Positions 40,313 through 51,594 of a stretch of 64,000 nucleotides of DNA are shown in pieces. Under the pieces are notes generated by a model. It saw nothing but the letters and a program-made list of their open reading frames with translations, was not told the origin of the DNA and searched no databases. The number at the start of each line of letters is the position of its first letter. Within the stretch, counting starts at the first letter, position 1. The DNA is from an uncultured Chloroflexia bacterium (lineage in GTDB: Bacteria; Chloroflexota; Limnocylindria; Limnocylindrales; CSP1-4). The stretch is taken from positions 285,307 through 349,306 of the forward strand of contig CAVZME010000011.1 in NCBI GenBank assembly GCA_963776385.1, read 5' to 3'. The translations under genes were made by a program, and so were the position numbers.

Positions 40313-41551
40313 TCAGACGCGTTCGATGGCCATCGCGACCGAGCCGCCGCCGCCGAGACAGAGTGTCGCCAGGCCGAACCTGCCGTCGCGGCGGATCAAC
40401 TCGTGGGTGAGCGTCGCCATGATCCGCGCCCCGCTCGCGCCGATGGGATGGCCCAGCGCGATCGCGCCGCCGTTGACGTTGACCTTGTCCCAATCGAAGC
40501 CGAGGGCGCGGCCGTCGGCGATGGTCTGGGCGGCGAATGCCTCGTTGATCTCGATGAGGTCGAAGGCCTCGATGGGCAGCTCGATCCGGTCGAGCAGGCG
40601 GCGAACGCCCTCGATCGGGGCGAGGAACAGCCATTTCGGTTCGACCTCGGCTTGCGCATAGCCGACGATGCGCGCGAGCGGCGTCAGGCCCAGTCGTTCG
40701 ACCGCTCGCTCGCTGGCAACGACGGTCGCGGCGGCGCCGTCGGTGATGCCCGGCGCGTTTCCGGCGGTGACCGTGCCCACCGTGGCGGCCCCTCGGTCCT
40801 CGCCGTCGGGTAGCGCGAACGCCGGCCTCAGGCGGCCGAGCGCCTCCAGCGTCGAATCGCGTCGAGGTCCTTCGTCGACCGAGACGACCGTCTCGCGGCC
40901 CTTCGCGTCGCGGACGGTCACCGGCGCCATCTCGGCGTCGAACCGACCGGCATCGATGGCGGCGATCGCCTTCTGATGCGACGCCAGCGCGAAGGCATCC
41001 TGGTCCGCGCGGCTGACGCTGTCGCTGATCGCCACGCGTTCGGCGTGGGTGCCCATGTGGCAATCCTCGATGGCGCACCACAGGCCGTCGTGGACGGTGG
41101 CGTCGATCAGCTCGCCGTTGCCGAGCCGATAGCCGAATCGGGCGCCCGGCAGGAGGTACGGCGCCTGGTTCATCAATTCCATGCCGCCCGCGACCGCCAG
41201 CTCGGCGTCGCCTGCCCGGATCTCGGCGGCGGCCAGCATGATCGCCTTGAGCCCCGAGCCGCAGACCCGGTTGATGGTCGTGGCGGACGTGCCGGTGGGC
41301 AGCCCGGCTCGCAGCGCCGCCTGCCGCGCCGGCGCCTGGCCCGCGCCGGCCTGCAGGACCTGCCCCATCAGGACTTCGTCGATCCTGGCGGCGGGGTCGA
41401 GACCAGCGCGCTCGACAGCCGCCCGGATGGCGACGCCGCCGAGCTCCACTGCCGGAACCCCGCTCAGCGCCCCGCCGAACTTCCCGATCGGTGTTCGTGC
41501 CGCGCTGACGACATAGGCGTGGCCACTCGGGCCGGTGATCGCTTCGGTCAT
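40313..41551 (-). CDS. atoB: Acetyl-CoA C-acetyltransferase (thiolase)
   Basis: RTPIGKFGG, NRVCGSG, NEAFAAQ, GHPIGASG, CLGGG. Confidence 0.96.
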   Translation of the reverse strand: MTEAITGPSGHAYVVSAARTPIGKFGGALSGVPAVELGGVAIRAAVERAGLDPAARIDEVLMGQVLQAGAGQAPARQAALRAGLPTGTSATTINRVCGSGLKAIMLAAAEIRAGDAELAVAGGMELMNQAPYLLPGARFGYRLGNGELIDATVHDGLWCAIEDCHMGTHAERVAISDSVSRADQDAFALASHQKAIAAIDAGRFDAEMAPVTVRDAKGRETVVSVDEGPRRDSTLEALGRLRPAFALPDGEDRGAATVGTVTAGNAPGITDGAAATVVASERAVERLGLTPLARIVGYAQAEVEPKWLFLAPIEGVRRLLDRIELPIEAFDLIEINEAFAAQTIADGRALGFDWDKVNVNGGAIALGHPIGASGARIMATLTHELIRRDGRFGLATLCLGGGGSVAMAIERV

Positions 41552-41588
41552 GGACCGAATCTACACCGGTGCCGGGTGTGGCCTGGCC

Positions 41589-44425
41589 CTATTCGAAGTA
41601 GCCGGACAGGTCGAGGATCAGGTGCGTCACCTTCCCCGTCGTGCCGACGAACACGAGGTACATCTTCCCCGCCCCGTCAAGCGGCGCGACCAGGCCGTTG
41701 GCCCGGTTGTCGCCGACTTTGAAGTTCAGCGTCGAAGTCGCCGGGACCGGTGGCGGCGGATCGGGCGACAGAGCGATGAACCCGCCCGCGGTCTGGCCGG
41801 TGACGGTCAGGTTGCCGGTCACCGCGGTGGCGTCGAGCGGCACACCCCAGTGGCCGTCGACGGTCAGCTGGCGCGCGGTATTGGCGGCGAACGTGCCGTG
41901 GAGTCCCGACAGCACCGCGGTCGAACGGGTGTCCATGATCCGGCTCGGGTTCAGCGGCACGAAGCGCAGTCCGGCGGTGCCCGGCTCGAAGTACCCAGTG
42001 ACGTCGAGGATGACATGCGTGGTCGCGCCGATCGTGCCGGTCTTGTACACGATCGAGAGCGCCCCCGACCCGTCGAGCGGGGCGTAGACCCCGTTGGCCC
42101 GGTTATCGCCGAGTGGGAAGTTGAGGGTCGAGGTCGACGGTGTCGAGGTCGGGTCCCTGGTCACCGCGAGGAAGCCAGGCGCCGACTGCCCGGTCACGGT
42201 CAGGTTGCCCGTGATGGCGATCGCCGTGCCCGGGATCCCGCTGACCACCCCGGCGAGCGGGAGGGTCCGCGCCGTGCCGTTCTCGAACGCGCCGGCCAGC
42301 CCGGTCCCGATCCGGGTATCGAGCACCCGCAGCGGGGTCACCGGGCTGAACGTCGCGCCGCTGTCGTCTGCGAGGAAGTAGCCGGTAACGTCGAAGATCA
42401 GGTGGGTCTTCTTGCCGGCCGCCCCTTTGTAGACGGCCGACAGGCTGCCCGTCGACGACAGCGGCACGCTCAGGTTGTTGGCCCGGTTGTCACCAAGTGG
42501 GAAGTTGATGGTCGATGACGGTGGCGTGTTGGTGGCGGTCGGCGTGACGGCGACGAAGCCGGCCGCCTCCTGCTGGGTGACGGTCACGTTGCCGGTCACC
42601 GCCACCGCGTTGGCCGGGATGCCACCGACCCCGGCGACCTGCCAGGTCTTCGCGGTATTGGTCACGAACTTGCCGGTCGTGACCCCGACGCTGACGCGCG
42701 AATCCAGGACGCGCACCGGGGCGACCGGGACGTACGTCGTGCCGGCGGGTCGCAGATGGTGTGATCGTAGTCGCCCACGCTGGCTCCGTGCCCGAACACT
42801 GATTGCCATGCCAGACTGCTGGCTGGGCACGTGCGGATCCTGGGCCACGCCGACGTAGTCGCCCCAGCGGTTGCCGGTGTAGACGCCGGTGCCGGCCTTG
42901 AGCAGCTCCTTGGCACTGAGTGATCCCAGCGTGTCCCCGAGCGCGCTGATGAGCAGTGTACGACGACGGAAACTCGGAGACTGTCGTCGAAGATCGCGTC
43001 CAGCCGACATGGAGGGCGCCGTTGCCGGACAGCCCGATGCCGCCCATGTAGCTGTCCTTCCCGTTCTCGGCGATGAGGAAGTCCTGCTTGAGCGTCGGTG
43101 CGGCGGACGCGCCAGCCGATGTATCCAGCTCGGTGACCCGGACGCATACCCGGTTCGTCGAATCACCGGTCGGCGTGCATGGATAGTTCGAGACAAAGGC
43201 GAACCGATTGTTCTGCCAAATCGCATCCGTTGGCCGCAGGTCGATGGCTGTCGTGACCGTGTCGGGGCCAGGTTGCTGTGGGTCCGGAGGGTCGCGGAAC
43301 TGGTCCACGACGCCGAGGGTTGTCAGGGAATCCACCCGCTCATACGCCACGGTTCCGCCTACAGCCGAGCCGACGACCGTGATGTACTCCACGTCATGGC
43401 CGACGAGCGTGTCGTATTCGCTGACCATGAAGAGTCGGCTGCTGGTTGCTGGCACCTGAACTGCGAATCGCGGGGTAAAGATGTTGAGCGTGTCGCCGTA
43501 CGCGGAGACGCCCCCACCATTGGTGAGATCGGACCAGTCCATAACAGAGAGGTGGCCACCGAGAAACGTCGCGTTATCGACGCACGTCGCCCCAGCGGCC
43601 ATCAGGAACATGTTGCTCGCAAACGCGACCTTGTCGGTCGACGTCCCTGGAGCGGGGAAGTCGGGCAGCTGATCTTTGTAGGGGAAGAAGTGGACCTCCC
43701 AGTCGCCGGTCGGATCGGCCGTCTTCGAGATCGCGAAGTCGACGTACCCATTTCCGAAGTTAGCGCCCGTTGAGGTATCGCAATCCAAGCTCACCTCGGT
43801 CGCCAGCCAACGGCCATGGAGACTGTCGTAGATGATGCGGCCGTCGGAATCGAACGTATCGACCGCCGTCGGCAGGAGGAGAGAAGTCCGGCAGCGGCAC
43901 GTCGATGGCATGACCGCCCTGCCGATCGGTGATCCGCATTTGGAGATTGACGACCTGGACCACGTGGTCGGGTCCGACCGCGACCCAGGGATCGGGCGGT
44001 TCCACGTTGGTCGATGGCCCGGTCGTGCGCGTGAGCCCGTCGAAGCCCGTCTGCTTGGCCGGACCCTCGGCATTCAGGGTTGCCTGGGTCGGCAGAGGCG
44101 CGACGACCGTTTCCGAACCCGGGGCCGCGGGTGCCGGGCTCTTGGTTTGGGACCCTCGGCCGAGGTTCGGCAGCTTGCCGACTGGGCGCGCTGGTCGGCG
44201 CCTTCCGTGAAAGCGCACGTGCGTCCACCGAGCCACGCTGACCAACCGACTCTTTCGTGCGGCTTGTGCCCAGCGATGGACGGAGACGTTGCAGCGTTCT
44301 GCGAAGCGCTCGGATCGGATGAGGGTTGCCCACCTATTCGGCGAGGCGAGGACGCTCCCGGAGCTGCCTACCACGGCCAGGGTGGCGACCAGGACCGCAC
44401 AACGGATCGACAGGCGGTGACTCAT
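41589..44425 (-). CDS. Large secreted surface protein with three C-terminal cell-surface repeats (multiple frameshifts)
   Basis: Signal peptide, PPDP..AVGPDHVVQVVN, D...YD..HGRW, RWGDY; three repeats P..P.R..DTR...AVTGN.TV...ST.NF..GDNRAN...TH.I.DV.GYF. Confidence 0.8.
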
Positions 44426-44596
44426 CGTGCTTCCTCCAGTGGCCTGTCGATCGCTGGCCTACCGAAATAGATTCAGGCAGGCTCCGACGAAGGACGGCGC
44501 AACGGTAGCGCACGGCCACCCGCCACGCAATTCCGGACCGGGCCTGGCGCCGGCGGCGTCCGCTCGGGACCGAACGCGCACGCGGTCGGCGCCATG

Positions 44597-45760
44597 TCAT
44601 GCCAGGTTCCGCAACACCTCGTCGGCCACGATCAGTCGATGGATCTGGTTCGTGCCCTCGTAGATCTGCGCGCCCTTGGCGTCGCGCATGAGTCGCTCCA
44701 CCCCGGTCTCCCGCGAGTAGCCGCTCGCCCCGAAGAGCTGGACGGCATCTGTCGCGACGCGCATCGCCGCATCCGAGGCGGTCCACTTCGCGATCGACGA
44801 GACCTCCGCGAGCGGTTCGCCGCGGTCCTTCGCCGCTGCTGCGGCCCGCGTCACGGCACGGGCCGCGGCGACCTCGCGGGCCATCTCCGCGAGCATGAAC
44901 CGGATGCCCTGCTGCTCGACCAGCGGAGCGCCGAACGCCTTGCGCTGCTGGAGGTAACGGGCCGCCGCTTCCAGGCCCGACCGGGCGATCCCGACGCAGG
45001 CCGCGGCGATCGAGATCCGGCCCTCGCCGAGTGCTGACAAGGCGATCCGGTAACCCTCCCCCTCCCCGCCGAGCCGGTTCGCCACCGGGACCTCGCAGCC
45101 CTCGAACAGCAGTTCCGACGCCGGACACGCCCTGATCCCCATCTTGCGCTCGTGTGCCCCGAAACCGAACCCAGGCGTCCCCTTCTCGACGAGGAACGCC
45201 GTGATCGCCTTCGGCGCCGGCCGTCTGGTCGAGCGTCGCGAAGACCAGGTAGCGGTCCGCCTCGGGAGCGTTGGAGATCCAGCTCTTCGTGCCGGTGAGG
45301 CGGTACGCACTGGGCGCATCGGCAGGTCCGATGCGTTCGGCCCGCGTCCGGATGGCGGCCGCATCGCTGCCGGCGTGCGGTTCGGTCAGCGCGAAGGCGC
45401 CAAGCGCCTCACCGGCGAGCATCGCCGGCAGCCAGCGCGCGTGCTGGTCGGGCGTCCCCCAGGTCACGACCGGGTACTGCGACAGGATGTGGACGGACAG
45501 CGAGACGGCCATCGCCATGTCGGCCGCACCGAGTTCCTCCATGACCAGCGACCAGCCGAGGTACGAGAACCCGGCACCACCGACCGAATTCGGGCAGCGG
45601 TGCGGCCGTCAGCCCGAGCTCGCCCATCTTCGTGAACAGCGACGCGGTCGTAGCGCTCCGCCTCGTCGCGTTCGATCGCGGTCGGGGCGAGCTCGCGGGT
45701 CGCGAATTCGCGCGCGGTCGCCTGGAGGAGTCGCTCCTCCTCGGTCGAGCCCCCGCTCAT
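44597..45760 (-). CDS. Acyl-CoA dehydrogenase, short/branched-chain type (frameshifts)
   Basis: FALTEPHAGSD, GTKSWISN, KMGIRA, GRISIAA, RDAK..QIYEGTNQI. Confidence 0.95.
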
Positions 45761-46648
45761 CGGGTCCCCGCCGGACGCTCAGGCCGGGGATACGTGTAGA
45801 AGCCCTGGCCGGTCTTCTGGCCGAGATGGCCCGCGTTGACGAGCTCGGTCAGCACCTTCGGCGGCCGGAAATGATCGCCCGCCAGACCGTCGTCCAGGAC
45901 GCGCATGATCCCGAGACAGACATCGAGCCCGATGAAGTCGGCGAGCTCGAGCGGACCCATCGGGTGGTTGAGCCCGACGCGCGCCCCCGCATCGATGTCC
46001 TCGGCCGTCCCGACGCCCTCGTCGAGGGCGCGCATCGCCTCGCCCAGGAAGGGCATCAGGATCCGGTTGACGATGAACCCGGGGCGATCGCTCGAGACGA
46101 TGACCTGCTTGCCTAGGTCGGCAGCGAGCGCCCGGATCGCGTCGACGGTCGCGTCGCTCGTGTCGCGGCCGCGGATCAACTCGACGAGCGGCATGACCGG
46201 GACGGGACTGAAGAAGTGCATCCCGGCGAACCGCTCGCGACGCTCGCGGGCAACGGCCTCGGCGAGACGATGGATGGCGATCGACGAGGTGTTGGACGCG
46301 AAGATCGCATGCGCCGGGGCGATCACATCGAGGTCGCGCCAGAGCGCCGACTTGACCGCGATGTCCTCGAAGACCGCTTCGATGACGAGATCGGCGTCGG
46401 ACGCGCGGCCGAGGTCGGTCGGTCGGTTCGATGCGGCCGAGTGTCGCGTCGCGGTCCGCATCGGTGAGACGGCCCTTGGCGACCGACCGCTCCAGGTTGG
46501 CTGCGATCCGCTCGCGTCCGGCCTCGGCGCGTGCAAGCTCCGGTTCGTACAGGACGACCGGCAGCCCGATGGCCGCGTGGACCTGGGCGATGCCGTGGCC
46601 CATCAGCCCGGCGCCCGCCACGAAGACCCGTTCGATGGAACCCGCCAT
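45757..46648 (-). CDS. hbd: 3-hydroxybutyryl-CoA dehydrogenase (frameshift near 46420)
   Basis: GAGLMGHGIA, IEAVFE, ASNTSS, GMHFFSP, PGFIVNR, HPMGP. Confidence 0.95.
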
Positions 46649-46710
46649 GGCGACGATGGTACGCGCCGGCCGGGACCTCGTGCGGGGAGGGCGATCAGGA
46701 TCGTCTGGCG

Positions 46711-47457
46711 CTAGCCGCCCGAGTCGGAACCGTCGTCTCGAGAGTCGTCGCTGCTGCTGCCGCCGTCCTCGCCGTCTCCACTCGTTCCGTGGTCGTCCGG
46801 TTCCGGCGTCTCCGACGCATGGTCGTCGGTGGTCGCGTGGCCACCGTCATCGACTCCGTCGGCTGGGTCGTCGCCACCGGACGCGTGGTCGTCCCCGCTG
46901 TCCGATCCGTCCCCGTCGTGGCTGTCGGTCGCCTGATCGCGCCCATCGTCGGCCGATCCCGCGGTCGGGTGCGCCGCGGGCGCGATCCCCTTGCCCCCGC
47001 TCGGGCGATCCGTCGGGCGGACGATGGCGGGAGCCGGGCTCGGGTCAGGCGTCGGCGGCGGGGCCGACTGCATACCTGGTCCCACGGACGGCGTGCTGGG
47101 AAGCGCCGCGGGCGCATCGATCACGCGGGACTGCTCCATCCAGGGTGGGACGACGACCGAGACCGCGGCGGCTGCCGCGAGTGTGGCGGTCCCGAAGACG
47201 AAGGCCACCGCCATGACCAGGGCGAACGACCTCGCCCGGACGCGCGGCGCGATCGGCCATGTCCGCACCGTCCCGAGGTGCCACGCGACGATCAGCGCGC
47301 TGGCGGCAGTCCGCAAGGAGCGGAGGCGGATGGCTTCGAGGAACGTCCGGGTCGGCGAGGGCTGCGGTGCGTGGGCGATCGCCTGCATGACGTGGTCCGC
47401 GAACCGGTCCTGGACGGTCCCGTCGACCTCGCCATCATGCGGCTGCCAGGGCCTCAC
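46711..47457 (-). CDS. Putative membrane anti-sigma factor with acidic DDH-rich tail (module 2)
   Basis: Overlaps the ECF stop; FADHVMQAIA..P.P motif homologous to 16374-17147; TM helix; DDH repeats. Confidence 0.75.
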   Translation of the reverse strand: MRPWQPHDGEVDGTVQDRFADHVMQAIAHAPQPSPTRTFLEAIRLRSLRTAASALIVAWHLGTVRTWPIAPRVRARSFALVMAVAFVFGTATLAAAAAVSVVVPPWMEQSRVIDAPAALPSTPSVGPGMQSAPPPTPDPSPAPAIVRPTDRPSGGKGIAPAAHPTAGSADDGRDQATDSHDGDGSDSGDDHASGGDDPADGVDDGGHATTDDHASETPEPDDHGTSGDGEDGGSSSDDSRDDGSDSGG

Positions 47458-48020
47458 AGGACCGACCTCGGTTCGAGCCTGTCGCGCAACCGAGCCATGC
47501 CACGCGACAGGCGGGACTTGACGGTGCCGATCGGATGGCTGGTGAGACGGGCGATCTCTTCGAGTGAGAGGTCGCCGTAGAACCGAAGGACGACGACATC
47601 GCGCTGGGCTGCCGGCAACGTCGCGATGGCGTCAGCGATCGCTGCCCGGTCTTCGACGCCGAGTGCCTGGGCTTCGGGATCCATGTCCGCGTCTGGTCGT
47701 GCTCGCCGTGGATCCAGGATCTGATCGTCGAGGGTCACGATGTTCGGCCGCGCTGCGACGCGGGCGATCGCCACTCGAACGGCGATCCGCCGCAACCACG
47801 CACCGAACGGCCCATCGCCACGGTAACTGGCGAGTGCCTGGAACGCCTGGACGAACGTGTCCTGCGCAGCGTCCTGGGCCTCGGTCGGATCCCGAAGGAT
47901 CCGGCTGCATGCCGCGATCACCGAGACGGACTCGCGCTCGACGAACACGCGGAAGGCCTCACGATCTCCGCCCAGGATGGCGTCGATGATCTGCCGATCG
48001 TTCGCTACCGCATCGATCAC
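47454..48020 (-). CDS. ECF sigma factor (module 2), paralog of 17144-17836
   Basis: GGDREAFRVFVERES, ASYRGDGPFGAWL, LRFY.DLSLEEIA...IGTVKSRL. Confidence 0.94.
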   Translation of the reverse strand: MIDAVANDRQIIDAILGGDREAFRVFVERESVSVIAACSRILRDPTEAQDAAQDTFVQAFQALASYRGDGPFGAWLRRIAVRVAIARVAARPNIVTLDDQILDPRRARPDADMDPEAQALGVEDRAAIADAIATLPAAQRDVVVLRFYGDLSLEEIARLTSHPIGTVKSRLSRGMARLRDRLEPRSVL

Positions 48021-48172
48021 GGTCGTTCCGGTGGGGCTTGGGGGTGGGTGACCATCGCCCTCCCATCTTCATCGGCGCCGTCTGCATGGTCATCCCTGTC
48101 GTCGGTCAGGACGCGGCCTCCGATGGTCCTGGGACCTCGGTGGCCGGTCCTGATCGCAGTCGGTGACGACCG

Positions 48173-48689
48173 TCAGTCGTCGCTTCCGTCATCGCCGCCG
48201 TCGTCGTGCTCGTCGCCGCCGTCCTGGTGCTCGCCGTCGTGCGAGTCATCGTGCTCGCCGTCCTTGGCCTCGTCGTTGTTCTCATCGGCGTCGTCGTTGT
48301 CGTTGTCCTCTGCCTGGTTACCGGCATCGGACGACACGATATGGGTGGCTGGCTTTGCCTTGTGGGCCTTGGCGGGCTTCGGGGCCTCCGGCGCGACCTG
48401 ATCGTCGTTCTCGCCCTGATCGCCGGCCTCATCCTGATCGCCCGTCAGAGCGTCATCCTCGGCCTTGCCGGCGAGGTCGTCCTCGTCGCCCTGCTGGTCG
48501 TCCACCGCGGCGTCCGGCGGCTGCGGCATCATCCAACCCGCTGTCAACGACGGCGTTCACGGTCGACGGCGACAGCGCCGCGTACGGAGCATTGAACACG
48601 GCGTCATGGGCGAACGAGGCCCCGACGACGAGGATGAGTGCGACACTCGCGATCGCGAGGCTCCGCGTGAATCGATGGGTCCTGGACAT
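48173..48689 (-). CDS. Secreted Asp/Glu/His-rich low-complexity protein (module 2; frameshift near 48520)
   Basis: Signal peptide ending ASFA-H, acidic tail ending DGEHDDSHDGEHQDGGDEHDDGGDDGSDD. Confidence 0.75.
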
Positions 48690-48731
48690 CCGCTGACACC
48701 CCTGTTCCTGTCGGACCTGGCTGGCCCGCTC

Positions 48732-48767
48732 GTACTCGTTTGAGCGGGTTCGGCAGCGGAAGGTTCC
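48732..48767 (-). promoter_or_regulatory. Putative ECF promoter of module 2
   Basis: Minus strand reads GGAACCTT-N16-TCAA-AC-GAGTAC, same spacing as 18441-18476. Confidence 0.75.
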
Positions 48768-48850
48768 GGCCGCAGCCCCGGCGATGGTCCCGACCTCGAC
48801 GAACGATGGTCCTGGGCGGTACCCGCCTGCCCGGATGCGAGCGCCTGCGC

Positions 48851-49841
48851 TCAGTCGCCGCCCGTGCGAAGGGAAGCGAGCAGCAGGTCGGCCGCCGCGT
48901 ACGGGTCCAGCCGGTGTTCCGCGACATCCGTCGAGCACGGCGGTCGTCGAAGCGGCCCGACCGGGTGCGTGGAGCCGCGCCCGCAGGCGGTCCGCGACGA
49001 TCGCCCAGACCTGCGCCTCCGCGCGCGCCTGGCGGGCCGCGGCTGATACACCGTCGCGACCGGCGACGCGATGTCGGTCGAGCGCCGCGAGCAGCTCCGG
49101 CACCCCGGCACCGGTCGCTGCCGTCGTGATGAGCACCTCCGGGCGCTTCGGGCGTGGCCGATCATCGCCCGCCGCGCGCGGCGCCGAGGCAACGAGCATG
49201 GCCCGCAACTGGGCCGCCGTCCGCTGCGCCCCGGGCTTGTCACCCTTGTTGACCACGACGAGATCGGCGACCTCGAGCAGGCCGGCCTTGATCGCCTGGA
49301 CCTCGTCGCCCATCTCGGGCGCCTCGAGGACGACCGTCGTATCGGCCGCGGCCGCCACTTCGACCTCGCTCTGGCCGGTCCCGACGGTCTCGATGAGGAT
49401 CAGGTCGAATCCGGCCGCGTCCAGCACGGCTGCCGCGGCCGTCGATGTCGAGGCCAGCCCTCCGGCATGCCCGCGCGATGCCATCGAGCGGATGAACACG
49501 TCGTCGTCACCCGCGTAGGCCTGCATCCGGACACGGTCGCCGAGCAATGCCCCGCCGGTGATCGGGCTCGACGGGTCGACGGCGATGACCGCGACCGGGC
49601 GGCCGATCGCCCGCACCTCGGCGATGAGCGCCGCGACGAGGGTCGACTTGCCGGATCCCGGGGGCCCGGTGATGCCGACGATGTGGGCTCGTCCGGCGGC
49701 AGGATAGAGGCGACGCAGAGCCGCTTCCGCGACCGGGGTCCGGTTCTCGACCGCGGTCAGCAGTCGAGCCAGCGCCAGCCGATCGCCCGCCACCGCCGCG
49801 TCGCAGAGCGTGGACGCCCGGCCGGCGGCATCAGCCTCCAC
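48851..49841 (-). CDS. meaB: MeaB/ArgK GTPase chaperone of B12-dependent acyl-CoA mutase (frameshift near 48930)
   Basis: GITGPPGSGKST, AVDPSSP.TGGALLGDRVRM, ETVG.GQSE, KAGLLE.AD..VVNK. Confidence 0.96.
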
Positions 49842-49843
49842 GG

Positions 49844-50248
49844 TCAGTCGCGCGGTCGTGCGTTCGCCCGCAGGTAGTCGGCGACCTGGACGATCGTCGT
49901 GCCCGGCCCGAAGATCTCCGCGACCCCGGCCTCGCGCAGCGCCGCGACGTCGTCGTCCGGGATGATCCCGCCGACGGTCACCAGGACATCACCCATGCCG
50001 CGCTCGCTGAGCAAGCGCGTCACCCGCGGGACGAGCGTCATGTGCGCCCCGGACAGGATCGACAGCCCGACGACGTCGACGTCTTCCTGCAGCGCCGCGG
50101 TAGCGATCATCTCGGGCGTCTGACGGAGACCCGTGTAGACGACCTCGAAACCTTCGTCGCGCAGGCCACGGGCGAGCACTTTCGCCCCGCGATCGTGGCC
50201 GTCGAGCCCGGGCTTGGCGATGAGGACCTTGATCGGCCGGTCGGTCAT
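49844..50248 (-). CDS. Acyl-CoA (methylmalonyl/isobutyryl-CoA) mutase cobalamin-binding small subunit
   Basis: [28 protein letters not shown]. Confidence 0.96.
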   Translation of the reverse strand: MTDRPIKVLIAKPGLDGHDRGAKVLARGLRDEGFEVVYTGLRQTPEMIATAALQEDVDVVGLSILSGAHMTLVPRVTRLLSERGMGDVLVTVGGIIPDDDVAALREAGVAEIFGPGTTIVQVADYLRANARPRD

Positions 50249-50310
50249 GCGGGCATCATAGCCAGCGCTCGAGGTTCGAGACTGTTTGACCGGTCGCGGA
50301 TGATGCAGGT

Positions 50311-50727
50311 ATGGATGGCCCGATCTCCCCGCTGGCGAAGAAGCTCAAGCTCGGCCCCGGCCTCAAGGCGGCCGTCATCGGAGCGCCAGCCGGCTACCTG
50401 GAGCGCCTCGATCCGCCTGCGGATGTCGCGATCGCCACGACCCTCGAGGGACCGCTCGACTGGATCCAGGTCTTCGTCCGGACGTCGGCCGACCTCGCTG
50501 CCGTGGTCGGACCCTTGACGGCCGCGCTCGCACCGACCGGTCGCGCCTGGATCTCGTACCCGAAGGGTTCGTCGAAGATGCAGACGGACCTCACCCGCGA
50601 CAAGGGCTGGAGCCCGCTCGACGGCGGCCGGCTGATGTGGCTCTCGCTCGTGTCGGTCGATGACACGTGGTCAGCCTTCGGTCTGCGGCCGTACAGGCAA
50701 GGCGAGGCGCGCCAGACGTTCCGCTGA
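50311..50727 (+). CDS. Conserved hypothetical protein (DUF3052-like)
   Basis: [30 protein letters not shown]. Confidence 0.85.
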   Translation: MDGPISPLAKKLKLGPGLKAAVIGAPAGYLERLDPPADVAIATTLEGPLDWIQVFVRTSADLAAVVGPLTAALAPTGRAWISYPKGSSKMQTDLTRDKGWSPLDGGRLMWLSLVSVDDTWSAFGLRPYRQGEARQTFR

Positions 50728-50775
50728 CGCGCCTCGGGTGTGTCTGGGGCGCCTGGTCGGCGCCCGGTCTGGCGC

Positions 50776-51594
50776 TTACGACGCCGCCCGGCCGAATGTG
50801 CGAGCGGCGACCCAGACCGCGACGACGGCGAGGATGCTGGTCAGGCCCACCCCGATCGCGATCTCCGGGTTGCCCCAGTCGCTGTTGAACAGCGCCCGAG
50901 CGGCGTCGACGGCATGCGTCAGCGGGTTGATGTCGCTCAGCGTCTGGAGCCACTGCGGCGCCAGTGCCATCGGCAGGAGGATCCCGGACAGCAGCAGCAG
51001 CGGCATCACGATGCCCTGGACGAGAGGCGCGAAGGCGTCCTCGCTCTTGAGCTTGAGAGCGGCGGCGTACGACAGCGGGGCCACGACGAGGCCGACGAGC
51101 GCGAGCAGCCCGAGCGTCACCGCGATACCTGCGGGATCGATGGTGAGCCCGAACGGGATGGCGAGCGCGATCATGATCAGTGCCTGGACGAGCAGGATGG
51201 TCACGTCGCGCAGCGAGCGGCCGAGGAGCATGGCGGTCCGGCTCATCGGCGTCACGCGCATCCGCTCGACGACGCCGTAGCGAAGCTCGGCGATCAGCCC
51301 GAAGCCACCGAACGCCGTCCCGAACAGGGCGACCTGGATGAGCAGCCCGGGGACGAACCAGTTGTAGGCGTTGACGCCGGCACCGGCCTGCGTCACGGCC
51401 CCCTCCAGGAGCGGCCCGAAGAGGACGAGGTACAGGACGGGGTACATGATCCCGAACACGATCCAGACGGGCTGGCGGATGGTGAGCACGAGCGAGCGCC
51501 GGTAGATGAGCCAGGTGTCGCGGATGGTGCGCATGCGAGGTGGTTTCCTTTCGAAGGTCGTGGTCGTTGGCGTGGCGACGGTCCCGGCGGTCAT
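50776..51594 (-). CDS. ABC-2 transporter permease (DrrB-like)
   Basis: Six TM segments, G..ER..VTP.SR...LLGR, LSG.LLP...AP.W, NPLT. Confidence 0.93.
   Translation of the reverse strand: MTAGTVATPTTTTFERKPPRMRTIRDTWLIYRRSLVLTIRQPVWIVFGIMYPVLYLVLFGPLLEGAVTQAGAGVNAYNWFVPGLLIQVALFGTAFGGFGLIAELRYGVVERMRVTPMSRTAMLLGRSLRDVTILLVQALIMIALAIPFGLTIDPAGIAVTLGLLALVGLVVAPLSYAAALKLKSEDAFAPLVQGIVMPLLLLSGILLPMALAPQWLQTLSDINPLTHAVDAARALFNSDWGNPEIAIGVGLTSILAVVAVWVAARTFGRAAS

Noticed and set aside
48453-49841. MeaB fused to a secreted-protein N-terminus (462-aa ORF)
   Set aside because: It results from read-through after the frameshift near 48930; true MeaB ends at 48851 and a separate promoter and ATG follow.
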